Shown one piece after another: positions 15,820-25,589 of a stretch of DNA of 64,000 bases (its first letter is position 1; every line of letters starts with the position of its first letter). Location of the stretch: positions 1-64,000 of the IMG/VR virus record IMGVR_UViG_3300037264_003921; one strand, 5' to 3'. The notes below the pieces were generated by a model. The model was not told the origin of the DNA, ran no database searches, and worked only from the letters and a program-made list of their open reading frames with translations. Origin of the DNA: a virus. The position numbers and the translations under genes were made by a program.

Positions 15820-16200
15820 TTATTTCCTTGTAGAAATATCTAAAAGTATTGCCCCTCTATTTATCCATTCTGAACAATCAGTATTAATCCATTTACCAAT
15901 TTTACTAAATGAATCTGGCGCAGCCATGTTGGTCTTATCGTATCCGCGCGATGGTTGTTTCACTATCTGCCAATAAACAGATCTTATACATTCTGTTTCA
16001 GAAATATACATAAGACATATATCTTTCTTCGGTAAAATCGGACTAAATTTATGTTGTCGTTTAACATATAATATGGTGCAATCAGATGAAGTTGGATGAA
16101 TATAAAACACCCAATTAAAATTATCGTGAATCCACTTCAGCACTAATTTAGCTAAATATGTCGGCCTCGGCCCTTTAGGATTTTTTATTGCGTTTATCAT
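15820..16200 (-). CDS. DPxFF-like paralog
   Basis: LAKLVLKWI...MAAPDSFSKI. Confidence 0.6.
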   Translation of the reverse strand: MINAIKNPKGPRPTYLAKLVLKWIHDNFNWVFYIHPTSSDCTILYVKRQHKFSPILPKKDICLMYISETECIRSVYWQIVKQPSRGYDKTNMAAPDSFSKIGKWINTDCSEWINRGAILLDISTRK

Positions 16201-17587
16201 TCACATTTGAAATACTGTTAATTTTTCTAATCATTTTTAATTGATTTATACGATCAATCTTTTTATCAATTGATTGCATTCTCCTTTTAATCAGCATATC
16301 ATTGCGCATCGTCATAAAATCTATCTTAATATGGCCATGGGCATGTAAACGATGTCTATGTTTCAGTGATATCAAGCCAGCATCGCGTAATTGTTTGAAT
16401 CGTATTGTAGAAAAATCTCTGTTTTTAAATTTTTTATTCAAAACACAGCCAATAATAATTTTTGCAATAATAAGGTCCATTGATTGCAATTGCTGCTCGT
16501 CATTTACATGTTTTAAATAATAATCTATAATTGCGACGCTCCTGATTCGATCCAATATCACCGAATTTATAGCATCAACAGCAATTTTAATCCTATTATT
16601 GATATTACATTCTCTATTAATCCTTGCTTTAACAGACTCCAGAGATCTTTTAAACAAGTTTATGATTTTTCTCTGTTTTTCAACCGACAATCTTACACTA
16701 TTGGCAGATGTAAATTCTAAACCCAAATGTTTGAATTTAGACGCTTGAATGAACCCATGACACGGAATAAATGATAAATTCAAACGATGACTTTGTTTCA
16801 AGCTGAGTTTTAATGATGTTATTGACTCATCCAATAATGATGCAGCATCTAATGCAACGTTCTGGTCTGATGACAACATTATAAAATCATCAGCATATCT
16901 AAAATAATTTATTGGCAATTTTGACAATTTCTTGTCCACATCGGTTAAATAAACATTCGATAATACACAAGCTATCGAAGAGCCAAATGGAATCCCTATG
17001 TTAGAGACATGCTCATCATCCAGACCATCATTAACATATTTAAATATAATTCTATCTTTAACCAATTGATATAAATAGTCATTTTTATCAATGAGACAAG
17101 CCAGTTTATCCAATAATATATCATGGTCTATTGTATAGAAATAGTTTGTTATATCACGTTTAATTATAAATGGTTTCCCAATTAATGATTTTGATATTTT
17201 TTGTTGACAGACGTCAATCCCAAAATTATTAACACGGTATGCATAACTATTATTTGAAAACCATTTATCAAATGCGATGCTAAGGCTCTCATTCAACCAT
17301 TTATCAACAATTTTATCTTGCCATGTAGCAACATAGATGTCTCTTAATTTATTTTGTTTCACTCTACGTTGAACATGCAAAAATGGTTGAAACGTAAATT
17401 TGTGCTGTCTTATTTGATTTTCAATGAAATATGCCTTATTTAAAATATCCAATCCGAAATCCCAATATGTAAGATTATCATAAGATTTTACATAACATAG
17501 CTTAGGATTGAATATGATCTTATTTAATTGGTTGATTACTGACGATTTAAATGGCCTAAGGTTAAAACAGTCAATTAATTTTAGCAT
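16175..17587 (-). CDS. Reverse transcriptase (group II-like/unclassified)
   Basis: KLRDIYV..QDKIV, SYAYR, KRDITNYFYTIDH, GIPFGS..LSNVYL, YFRYADDF, FKHLG; likely start ATG 17587. Confidence 0.9.
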   Translation of the reverse strand: MLKLIDCFNLRPFKSSVINQLNKIIFNPKLCYVKSYDNLTYWDFGLDILNKAYFIENQIRQHKFTFQPFLHVQRRVKQNKLRDIYVATWQDKIVDKWLNESLSIAFDKWFSNNSYAYRVNNFGIDVCQQKISKSLIGKPFIIKRDITNYFYTIDHDILLDKLACLIDKNDYLYQLVKDRIIFKYVNDGLDDEHVSNIGIPFGSSIACVLSNVYLTDVDKKLSKLPINYFRYADDFIMLSSDQNVALDAASLLDESITSLKLSLKQSHRLNLSFIPCHGFIQASKFKHLGLEFTSANSVRLSVEKQRKIINLFKRSLESVKARINRECNINNRIKIAVDAINSVILDRIRSVAIIDYYLKHVNDEQQLQSMDLIIAKIIIGCVLNKKFKNRDFSTIRFKQLRDAGLISLKHRHRLHAHGHIKIDFMTMRNDMLIKRRMQSIDKKIDRINQLKMIRKINSISNVNDKRNKKS

Positions 17588-17731
17588 GGTCGTCGAACTA
17601 ATAAAACGGATTAGACGTAGTCTAATCCTTACATTCAACTTATCTACTAGAGCATACCATCCTAAGGCTTGTAACAGCTCTAGCTTTTAAGCATGAGGAT
17701 AGGCATATGCCTGGCAGTTCGACGACCATAC
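17584..17731 (-). ncRNA. Retron-like ncRNA upstream of the RT
   Basis: Perfect 14-bp inverted repeat at 17586-17599/17716-17729 enclosing a 9-bp hairpin (17608-17628) and a long hairpin (17652-17710). Confidence 0.65.
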
Positions 17732-17741
17732 AATTTAATTA

Positions 17742-18305
17742 TCATTCAACGGCTGTATCACCCAATGCTTTTAAACCAGCGTCAACATCAGTACCCATCA
17801 CTGGTTTTCCGTTTATTGATACTATATTATCGATATTGATAGACAATATAGTATTATAATGCTTTTTTATTATGTAGTCGGTGTGGCTTGGATCATGTGC
17901 ACTAGTGCCAGGCTTTGTATGTCCAACCAATGTATAAAATTCTGGTACTTGTTTAATCTTATGTAAATAACTTTTCATTGTGTTAGGCGCACGTCGCCTA
18001 ACTCCAGACATATGCACTGTTCGATCCCCATGATTTATGCCAGCAAGTAATGTACCACTATCTATAAAACCAATAGCATCCGCTTCAATGACGCGTTGTG
18101 TCGAAGCCTCTAAATCAGCCAGCCTTTTTATTCGCCATTGTTGTTGATACATCGGAGAATCTTGATATTTAGCCCACTTCTGACGATCATTCTGTATTTG
18201 TCTCTCAACTGCTGAATGCAACGACTTCAAAATGATCTTATATTTCTTACCACCATCTTCCATCAAAGCGGCTATTTGCTCTGGATTACAATTATTCATC
18301 TTCAA
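17742..18305 (-). CDS. Hypothetical protein, tandem paralog B
   Basis: Shares IAxLMEDGGKKYKIILK, DPSHTDYI and ILSINIDNI.SINGKP with 18292..18852. Confidence 0.75.
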   Translation of the reverse strand: MKMNNCNPEQIAALMEDGGKKYKIILKSLHSAVERQIQNDRQKWAKYQDSPMYQQQWRIKRLADLEASTQRVIEADAIGFIDSGTLLAGINHGDRTVHMSGVRRRAPNTMKSYLHKIKQVPEFYTLVGHTKPGTSAHDPSHTDYIIKKHYNTILSINIDNIVSINGKPVMGTDVDAGLKALGDTAVE

Positions 18306-18852
18306 AATGCCCTTCTAGCTTTTTTATACCACCAGATACATCATCTAAACGACCAGCTGTTGGTTTCCCATTTATCGAGATTATATTATCTATATTAATG
18401 GATAGGATTTTATCAAATTTTCTGGTCACAATATAATCTGTATGGCTAGGATCATCAGCATACATACCAGGCCTCGTGTGCTCTATTTTATAAAAATCTG
18501 CCATATGCTTCGACCGAGCGATTGACTTCTGCGATGACGATCTTAAACCAGGATTAATCCCAACAAGTATCGTTCCATCATTAACTAATGCAATGTGGTC
18601 AGCCTCTATCATACGTTTAGGATTATGCTCGATGTCATTTTGGAGTTTATTAAGCCTCGTTCTCAATTTATTAATGTAGTCTGACGAATAAGAGTCTGCA
18701 TTTGACAGTAGTGCTTTATTGATGTATCCTAGCTGTTGCTGCTTGTCTGCTATACGGTCATCATTAAATGGTTTTAATATAATTTTATACTTCTTACCAC
18801 CATCTTCCATTAGAAATGCTATGTCGTCTGGGGTATGTGATTTGCAATTCAT
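18292..18852 (-). CDS. Hypothetical protein, tandem paralog A
   Basis: Same shared motifs as paralog B. Confidence 0.75.
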   Translation of the reverse strand: MNCKSHTPDDIAFLMEDGGKKYKIILKPFNDDRIADKQQQLGYINKALLSNADSYSSDYINKLRTRLNKLQNDIEHNPKRMIEADHIALVNDGTILVGINPGLRSSSQKSIARSKHMADFYKIEHTRPGMYADDPSHTDYIVTRKFDKILSINIDNIISINGKPTAGRLDDVSGGIKKLEGHFEDE

Positions 18853-20438
18853 TTGCCACTCCTAAGAGCTATGTGGCGCTCATATAATTCTGCGTAGTCT
18901 GGGTCAGATTTTAATAATACTTCGAGCTCTGGCCAACGATCATTTATCACATCACGAGAATATTTAAATCCCAATCTAGCAATTTCACGCCAATCATCAC
19001 CAACAGCTATTTTTTGCAGTGCATTTAAGATAGCTTTTTCTAGTCTAGCCCAACGTCCTTTGATGACGGTTCTAATGTAATCAAATAATGTCGTCGTATT
19101 AGACTTTAATATCAATCCCTCTGCTTCTGGCCAACGGCCCTTAATGACGCTAACAGCATAATGCAACAGATAAAATGCATTGTATATATTCTTAGACACA
19201 GATGATATTAATTTTTGTTCGACTTCTGGCCATCTACCACCAATAACTTCATCAGCATAGCTAATTGCAGTAACAAATTCACCTTTGCCTATATTTTCAA
19301 GTATTCTGCTTTCTACTTCTGGCCAGCGGCCTTTAATAACATCTTTAGCATATCTGATCGCTGAATTAATTTCTACCAAGATAGCTGACTCTGCTTCTGG
19401 CCAACGGCCTTTAATAGTCTTAGTAGCATAACTAGTGAGTGTATTAGGAGACGCTTTTAGTATTTGTGGCTCTGCTTCTGGCCAACGGCTTCCAATAATA
19501 TCTGATGCATATAAAGCAGCCGTTTCAGGGTCCTGCAATATATATTGCTCAGCCTCTGGCCAACGAGCACCGATAACTTCTTTAATATATCTATAGAGCT
19601 GATGGCCGTGTAAATTCTGCTGTGAACCACGATGGAGGCGGACATCCGCGCCGGACTGGCTCGTTGGCGTAGCAGCATGAACTGCAGCTAGCATTTTAGC
19701 TTCTAATTCTTTATTACGTATCCTCGTTATTTTAGCAATAAAGAACACTTCATCTGGTTTTGTCACTTTAATATTAAGATTGCTAGCTATTATCTTTCCG
19801 AGTTTTTCATCAGGTATAAATTCTCTATCAGTAACGTCTTTAAGCTGGCTTGATCCAATGTGCATTTGAGCAATCTTTTCGCCATCTTTAAATATGATAT
19901 GAAGAGGACCTTGATTTAAATAATGTGCTGCTGTACCTTCATTACTTGTACACCATCTAGTTCCCTTAGAATAGATTACAGCAGCTTTTGCTAAGTGCAC
20001 TTCAACTATAGCATATTGACTGTCTTCATAGACGACTTCAGCACCCTCTTCTTTTGCTTGACGTTTTTGTTGTCTTTTACTTTGTAAGTCTACACCTTGT
20101 AGCTTATCAATTGTTGCTTCAAGATCATTAAATGTTTTATATGAGTTTATATCTTTTTGAGCAGTAAATGTAGCACGCCTTTTCCCTTGATCAAACGCTC
20201 GCAATGCCAGCATAGCACGCTCATGGTCTTCTGGGAGACGCAAGAATTGTTTCTTAACTTGTCTTACTAACCATGGTAGATATGCCTTATTGTTTGTTGG
20301 GTCTGATTCAGCAATTTGTCGTATTAATTTTTCTGCCTGTTCTTGATCTAAATTAGGGAATTCTTTTACAAGAGACGGCATTTTATCCTCTAATCCCTCT
20401 TGTAAAATTGTGCCGTTAAATATTAAGTCTAAACGCAT
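18849..20438 (-). CDS. GTxWC-domain protein with C-terminal YAxxVIKGRWPEAE repeats
   Basis: DPTNNKAYLPWL, GTRWCT, about 8 helical repeats. Confidence 0.75.
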   Translation of the reverse strand: MRLDLIFNGTILQEGLEDKMPSLVKEFPNLDQEQAEKLIRQIAESDPTNNKAYLPWLVRQVKKQFLRLPEDHERAMLALRAFDQGKRRATFTAQKDINSYKTFNDLEATIDKLQGVDLQSKRQQKRQAKEEGAEVVYEDSQYAIVEVHLAKAAVIYSKGTRWCTSNEGTAAHYLNQGPLHIIFKDGEKIAQMHIGSSQLKDVTDREFIPDEKLGKIIASNLNIKVTKPDEVFFIAKITRIRNKELEAKMLAAVHAATPTSQSGADVRLHRGSQQNLHGHQLYRYIKEVIGARWPEAEQYILQDPETAALYASDIIGSRWPEAEPQILKASPNTLTSYATKTIKGRWPEAESAILVEINSAIRYAKDVIKGRWPEVESRILENIGKGEFVTAISYADEVIGGRWPEVEQKLISSVSKNIYNAFYLLHYAVSVIKGRWPEAEGLILKSNTTTLFDYIRTVIKGRWARLEKAILNALQKIAVGDDWREIARLGFKYSRDVINDRWPELEVLLKSDPDYAELYERHIALRSGK

Positions 20439-20439
20439 A

Positions 20440-20814
20440 TTAGTTTATAAATCTCGAAATATTCACTATATGTGACTCTTCTGGTCCTAAATGTTTAGAA
20501 ATATCATCCATAGCCTTAATGCCTTTCGCTGTTGGTTGAATCATCTTCAATCTAGTTATTATATCTTCTCTTGGACCTATAAACAAAAACGTATCATCCC
20601 TTCCTGAAACTTCATAGACATCATTATTTCCAGCTTTTTTAGCAACATCAAAGCCATGCATAAATAGATCCATTATATCTCCCCCTCTTATTGATTCATC
20701 ATATGAGAGATAGGCATCTGTTACTTCATATAATTCATCTGGTGTTTCAATTTCGTCATTTAATAACGCCATAACCAACTGTTCTATTTCATCGTCGTTT
20801 TTAAAATTTGACAT
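20440..20814 (-). CDS. Acidic hypothetical protein (paralog of 21497..21871)
   Basis: Shared C-terminal IS.HLGPEES.I..I. Confidence 0.7.
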   Translation of the reverse strand: MSNFKNDDEIEQLVMALLNDEIETPDELYEVTDAYLSYDESIRGGDIMDLFMHGFDVAKKAGNNDVYEVSGRDDTFLFIGPREDIITRLKMIQPTAKGIKAMDDISKHLGPEESHIVNISRFIN

Positions 20815-21506
20815 TACTCAGACTCCGTATCAAATTGTTTGGCAAGATTTGCTGGAACAGCATATTTAGCTAATTTCCTATTAATCCATGATTTTAATGC
20901 ATCGACGATCTCTTCAGGCCAACCAATAGAGATAGAGTGTCGATCAAGTGAGATATTGCTACTTAATGTCACACCATCAGGTGAGATAACCAGATCGTCG
21001 TTACGATTTGCAATTAGATGTGGCAAACCAACCCTGTTGGCTATTTTATTCCACGTTTCACTCCAAATCGTAACCGCTGGCACACCACTTTGTAAACTTC
21101 TCTCAATCGAAGTGTTACTAATGAGTCTATCAAGCAATTCAATCACTCTATGAATTTCAGACTGTTTTGATTCTTTTTTAATTCCACGCCTTACATAATT
21201 AATAAATTTATCTGCATTTATCCATCTAGAATGACGTTCATCAAATACACCAACAGGCATAGTTATTGAACCATCTGCATACATTGCTATTGGCAGTTTA
21301 TCTCCGCCACGTTGTAGCCATCCAACAATCCAACCAACTTCACCGTGAACTTTAATATACTGTTCAACACCAACCGCAGGGGCAAACTTGACAACATCAC
21401 TCAACTGATCCGCGAATTTTTTACTTATAGATGCTATAGCATCATGCAATCCAGGGTGGATTGATTCAATCAGTAAACGATCAGTAGAAAGTTCAACTAA
21501 TCGCAT
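20814..21506 (-). CDS. Hypothetical protein
   Basis: 230-aa ORF, N-terminal MRLVEL..LLIES. Confidence 0.7.
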   Translation of the reverse strand: MRLVELSTDRLLIESIHPGLHDAIASISKKFADQLSDVVKFAPAVGVEQYIKVHGEVGWIVGWLQRGGDKLPIAMYADGSITMPVGVFDERHSRWINADKFINYVRRGIKKESKQSEIHRVIELLDRLISNTSIERSLQSGVPAVTIWSETWNKIANRVGLPHLIANRNDDLVISPDGVTLSSNISLDRHSISIGWPEEIVDALKSWINRKLAKYAVPANLAKQFDTESE

Positions 21507-21871
21507 AAATTATTAGCTATCCTTGCAATTAATGATTCTTCAGGTCCAAGATGTTGTGAAATATTACCAAGAGCCCTCGCGTTCTTAGCTTGTGATTGGA
21601 TTAGACGTAGCTTTCCAAGCACTTCCTCTTTTGATCCAGCAAAATACCAAACCCTATCCAAACGATCTGAATCAAAACTAGTAACATAAGTATCTTCGGG
21701 TCTGCTTAATCCAAACTGATACCCATCTGCAAAGAAGGAGTCATAAGATGAAGAAATCGTATAATCAGCAATATCATCTATGACAAAAATGTCCTCGTCA
21801 TCTGATGCATCACCGACGATCGCCATCACGGCATTTTTGATGTCTTCGTCGTCGTAGTGTATCCCTGCCAT
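21497..21871 (-). CDS. Acidic hypothetical protein (paralog of 20440..20814)
   Basis: Shared C-terminal IS.HLGPEES. Confidence 0.7.
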   Translation of the reverse strand: MAGIHYDDEDIKNAVMAIVGDASDDEDIFVIDDIADYTISSSYDSFFADGYQFGLSRPEDTYVTSFDSDRLDRVWYFAGSKEEVLGKLRLIQSQAKNARALGNISQHLGPEESLIARIANNLCD

Positions 21872-21908
21872 ATTATATATTCCCTATATAATATGTTTAA
21901 TTCGCTGG

Positions 21909-22463
21909 CTATTCGTATTTTTCAGGATATTTAGGTTGTGGAAGCTCGTAAAATTTTAATGCATTGTCGTTGTCATCATAGCCATATCCTGAAGTATCCT
22001 CTCCATCTTCTCCATCTCCATCACCAGGCAAAGGACGCGCAGCAGTCACCCGCCTGCCCTTCTTCAATAATTTCAACGCAGCTTCAGCTTGTTCATGTAA
22101 TCGTCTAGAATATGGCAATTTATATGCACGTGGCTCATACGGTTCAGAATTATATCCTAAAAAATTTAATCCGTTAAATTTATTCTGCTCACTGCTTTGT
22201 ATCCATATATATATGCCGCCTTCGTCTCCAGTTTTCTTGTTTGGCTCTTCAATTATTATCCATCTGACTATAAGCTTATCTGGGGTCAATTCATCTGTAG
22301 CCCATCCAGCAAAAGTGTTAAGCGAACACCACATAACTAAACAATAATATGGAACAATACCGGCAAACAAAATTTTAGTAAAAATTCTTCCTTTAACATG
22401 GATTAATAGCCATGCAAGCGACACAATTAAAATCAGAAACGCAATAGGTATTCCTATCCCCAT
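21909..22463 (-). CDS. Two-TM membrane protein
   Basis: Two N-terminal TMs; EPRAYKLPY; coupled to the two upstream genes. Confidence 0.7.
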   Translation of the reverse strand: MGIGIPIAFLILIVSLAWLLIHVKGRIFTKILFAGIVPYYCLVMWCSLNTFAGWATDELTPDKLIVRWIIIEEPNKKTGDEGGIYIWIQSSEQNKFNGLNFLGYNSEPYEPRAYKLPYSRRLHEQAEAALKLLKKGRRVTAARPLPGDGDGEDGEDTSGYGYDDNDNALKFYELPQPKYPEKYE

Positions 22464-23065
22464 TATTTCTCCAACACAAATCTTTTACTAATTTCGTTTA
22501 TGTTCGTAACTTCACCGGCCTTGTCAACAATAAATCTAAAAACTGTTTTTTCATCTCCATCATAATTTAAAACAACAGATTTCGTAACAACAGTAGTTGT
22601 CGCTGGGCGTATCTTATCAAGCCTAACAATCACATCAATTGGTTTAAAACCACCTCTATACATATGAACATTAACAACATATTCTCCTGGAATAAATCCA
22701 CGTATCATTACTGTCTCACGATTTTCATTATAGACAATACGCCCATCTGTTGTTACAACCATATCATTTACATGTCCCTGATCGTCCCTATTTAAATGCA
22801 TCAATCCATCCTCACGCCTCTTAAAAAAAACTAAATTATTTTGTGGGTCTTCAACATACACATCAACATCAGCATCAGATTCAGGCGACCAAACAACAGT
22901 AATGACAAATTCAGCTTTTGATTCTATTTCATTATTCTTAGCTTGTGATTGTACATTCATCATGGCCAATGCAAGAACGAACATACACATAAATCCAAGC
23001 ATCATATTCATCAACAAATCATACCAGGTAGTGTTACTATCATAACACCTAATCTTATGCTTCAT
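22463..23065 (-). CDS. ExbD/MotB-like anchored protein with YfaP-like soluble domain
   Basis: TM with Asp (WYDLLMN); W...DVDVYV.DP...L.RDD.G, GEYVVNVHMY. Confidence 0.6.
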   Translation of the reverse strand: MKHKIRCYDSNTTWYDLLMNMMLGFMCMFVLALAMMNVQSQAKNNEIESKAEFVITVVWSPESDADVDVYVEDPQNNLVFFKRREDGLMHLNRDDQGHVNDMVVTTDGRIVYNENRETVMIRGFIPGEYVVNVHMYRGGFKPIDVIVRLDKIRPATTTVVTKSVVLNYDGDEKTVFRFIVDKAGEVTNINEISKRFVLEK

Positions 23066-23567
23066 TGTTGCAATTAACTTTCTTTAAATCGAGCGCGTTA
23101 CATAGATTGAAGTATTGCATTTTTAATATCATGCTACACAACAGTCCTATCAATGTTGTATATAATGCTGTCCCAAGACCAGCACCTAATTTTGTAAACA
23201 TTTTTGCTAAAGATGCAGTATCGCCAGCAACCATTGAATCAAATCCACCAACCAAGATCATAATAAACCCAATAACAGTCCCAAGCATCCCAAGCGACAG
23301 GCATAAGTCACTCATAAACCATCCCACATCAGCAGACGATTCAATTGTCGCAAGTCCATCGCCACTAGTAGAATCTAAATTTTTAGTCAGTCGACCACAC
23401 CAAACAGACATAAATGCCAATATAGCAAATATTACATAACATATTCTTGAAGCATCTTTATAATGGATCTCTCTAAATAAACCAAATTGCCCAGCAAACA
23501 TCCACCCAATGGATGTAGTTACCACAATTAATAGCCACCTTAAAAATGGTGTGTATTGCATAGCCAT
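23055..23567 (-). CDS. MotA/TolQ/ExbB-like proton channel protein
   Basis: LGMLGTVIGF...GLGTALYTTLIGL. Confidence 0.75.
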   Translation of the reverse strand: MAMQYTPFLRWLLIVVTTSIGWMFAGQFGLFREIHYKDASRICYVIFAILAFMSVWCGRLTKNLDSTSGDGLATIESSADVGWFMSDLCLSLGMLGTVIGFIMILVGGFDSMVAGDTASLAKMFTKLGAGLGTALYTTLIGLLCSMILKMQYFNLCNALDLKKVNCNNEA

Positions 23568-23828
23568 TCCTTAATGGAACATAAATTTATATAGCCATCG
23601 AACTCATCAATGAATATAATTATATGATATACGCTAATGGCGGTGGCGGAATTTGGCCACCAGTTAATCGCTATATGTTCACAAGAAAAATAAAAACAAC
23701 ATTCAAACAAATAGAGATTCCAAAAATCCTAAGACCGCCATCATTGCTACCACAAGGTATCAATCGACCAATTACCGAATCTGCAATAATATGGAAATTG
23801 ATAGCAATTAAAAGAGGATATTATTAGA

Positions 23829-24002
23829 TTACCATCCTCTCGGATATTCAGCATCTGGATCTGGCTTCAGTTCAGCTTTTATTTGCTCAATTGCTTGTTC
23901 AGCACATGCAACACATCGTATGGCATTTGGAAGAACTTCCAGTCTGAGTTTAGGTATCGGCTTATCACAGTCAATACAAAGCTTTTCTTGTTTATCGACC
24001 AT
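23829..24002 (-). CDS. TraR/DksA C4 zinc-finger protein (57 aa)
   Basis: CIDCDKPIPKLRLEVLPNAIRCVAC; below the ORF-track cutoff. Confidence 0.8.
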   Translation of the reverse strand: MVDKQEKLCIDCDKPIPKLRLEVLPNAIRCVACAEQAIEQIKAELKPDPDAEYPRGW

Positions 24003-24007
24003 AAACA

Positions 24008-24538
24008 TTATTCCTCTTCTATGTAGTCGGCTATCTTTCTTATTGGATCGTCTAATTTAACCATTGAATCTTCATAATCTGGAACTTCACGAGAATCAAC
24101 AATTTTGCCATTGACTATATGGGACAATATATATGCAGGTTCTCGACTTTTCATATGTTCAGCCTGCTGTTCTGGCGTCATATTTCGCATGTCAGCTTGT
24201 TCGTCTTTGCCAAGCTCGGATATATCTAACATTTTCATTGTCTCACCACCACTTCTTGATTGGTTATCAAACTTGCTTAACAATTGATATAATAGCCCAA
24301 ACTCCACAGGCTTGTTGTCTTTAGAGTATCTCCAATCATTGTTGAAGGCACGCGCGCCGAGATCTGGGCCATCCGTGCCTCCACAAACTTGTTGATATTC
24401 TATACCATCAATCACTACATCATAAATGGCACCATATGCCTCAAGAGAGAAATGGACATTATCATTGCCAACCTTCATCTTGCCAGATGCTTTAGTTGAG
24501 CCACCAAATGCGTCATCTAATATATAGTAGTCTTCCAT
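24008..24538 (-). CDS. Hypothetical acidic protein
   Basis: 176-aa ORF. Confidence 0.65.
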   Translation of the reverse strand: MEDYYILDDAFGGSTKASGKMKVGNDNVHFSLEAYGAIYDVVIDGIEYQQVCGGTDGPDLGARAFNNDWRYSKDNKPVEFGLLYQLLSKFDNQSRSGGETMKMLDISELGKDEQADMRNMTPEQQAEHMKSREPAYILSHIVNGKIVDSREVPDYEDSMVKLDDPIRKIADYIEEE

Positions 24539-24541
24539 AAA

Positions 24542-25546
24542 TCATCCATTTAAATATTTCAACCAATTTTTAATAGCTAATTTGTTATATATCCATAAAG
24601 CAACATAATTGACATAATGAAATTTGAACCTACGCATCTTATATGTGCAACATAACGCACCAGCTATATTGTCAACAGAATTCGCATCAGTCCGATATAT
24701 CCATGGTATCCATGTTATATCATTGGATGTTATTATTGGTATCCCCTGGCTGACAAAATCTGCGGCCACAATATTGAAACTTTCAGTAAAACTAACTTGC
24801 ATACCTATGTCCATCTTACCGACTAATTTAATAAATTCATCATGTGGCATCCACATATGTTCAACTAATTTATGTCGACTATTCGTCGCAAATAATGCTC
24901 TGATGTTCTTTAATATTGGATCCCCTTTTTGCTCTACTCTATCTCCATTAATATGAAACCGCATCGGAAGCCTAATCTCATCAGCAAATTTGATGGCCGC
25001 GATAGCTTGTAAAAGTTGATTTTTAAACGGGCGGATAGCACCAAAACATCCAACATCTATGATTCCATCTGGCACTTTACAACTAAATTTAGTTTGTGGC
25101 AGGTAGATGTTCGGCAAATAAGTAGATTCAATCTTCAAAACATCACGCAGCTCATGATCTAATCCTCTATTGTTTGGAGCTAAAATGAAATTGTGGTTCT
25201 GTTCTGAAATAATTTTATATTCATTAATCCATTCAAAAGCAATCCCTTCCATTGATAAAAATGGGGTTTTACTATGAATCCTAATAGCCCAGCGCACTTT
25301 TGGGTGCAATTTCAACAATTCCTTAATCTTTGCTGGAGTTACCCATAATGCTTCAATCATTACATAAGTTGGCTTATATAAATGCACTTCATGGTCAATT
25401 GAATTACCATCAGTTACAACGACAACTTTGGTTTCAATATTATGGTGATGTAACGCCTTAGCAACAAAGCGCGCTGAATTTATTAATCCAATTGGGATCC
25501 CATAACTAGTTGATCTTGATTTGCAAATAAACAAAACCTTATTCAT
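24542..25546 (-). CDS. Glycosyltransferase (GT-B, GT4-like)
   Basis: GCFGAIRPFKN...DIGMQVSFTESFNIVAAD..SQGIPII. Confidence 0.8.
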   Translation of the reverse strand: MNKVLFICKSRSTSYGIPIGLINSARFVAKALHHHNIETKVVVVTDGNSIDHEVHLYKPTYVMIEALWVTPAKIKELLKLHPKVRWAIRIHSKTPFLSMEGIAFEWINEYKIISEQNHNFILAPNNRGLDHELRDVLKIESTYLPNIYLPQTKFSCKVPDGIIDVGCFGAIRPFKNQLLQAIAAIKFADEIRLPMRFHINGDRVEQKGDPILKNIRALFATNSRHKLVEHMWMPHDEFIKLVGKMDIGMQVSFTESFNIVAADFVSQGIPIITSNDITWIPWIYRTDANSVDNIAGALCCTYKMRRFKFHYVNYVALWIYNKLAIKNWLKYLNG

Positions 25547-25589
25547 ATAATATGTTTGTAATTGGATTAATCAAGATACTACAACGTCT

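Noticed and set aside
16175-17742. Group II intron
   Set aside because: Only about 150 nt non-coding upstream, and the downstream gene overlaps the RT stop, leaving no room for intron domains I-VI.
19000-19570. Repeated tctggcca(a/g)cg units as a CRISPR-like array
   Set aside because: They encode the GRWPEAE protein repeat and vary at synonymous sites.
16175-20438. Diversity-generating retroelement
   Set aside because: No TR/VR pair found by eye. The adjacent paralogs differ at all bases, often synonymously, not only at adenines, and no Avd-like gene was recognised. A partner outside the window cannot be excluded.
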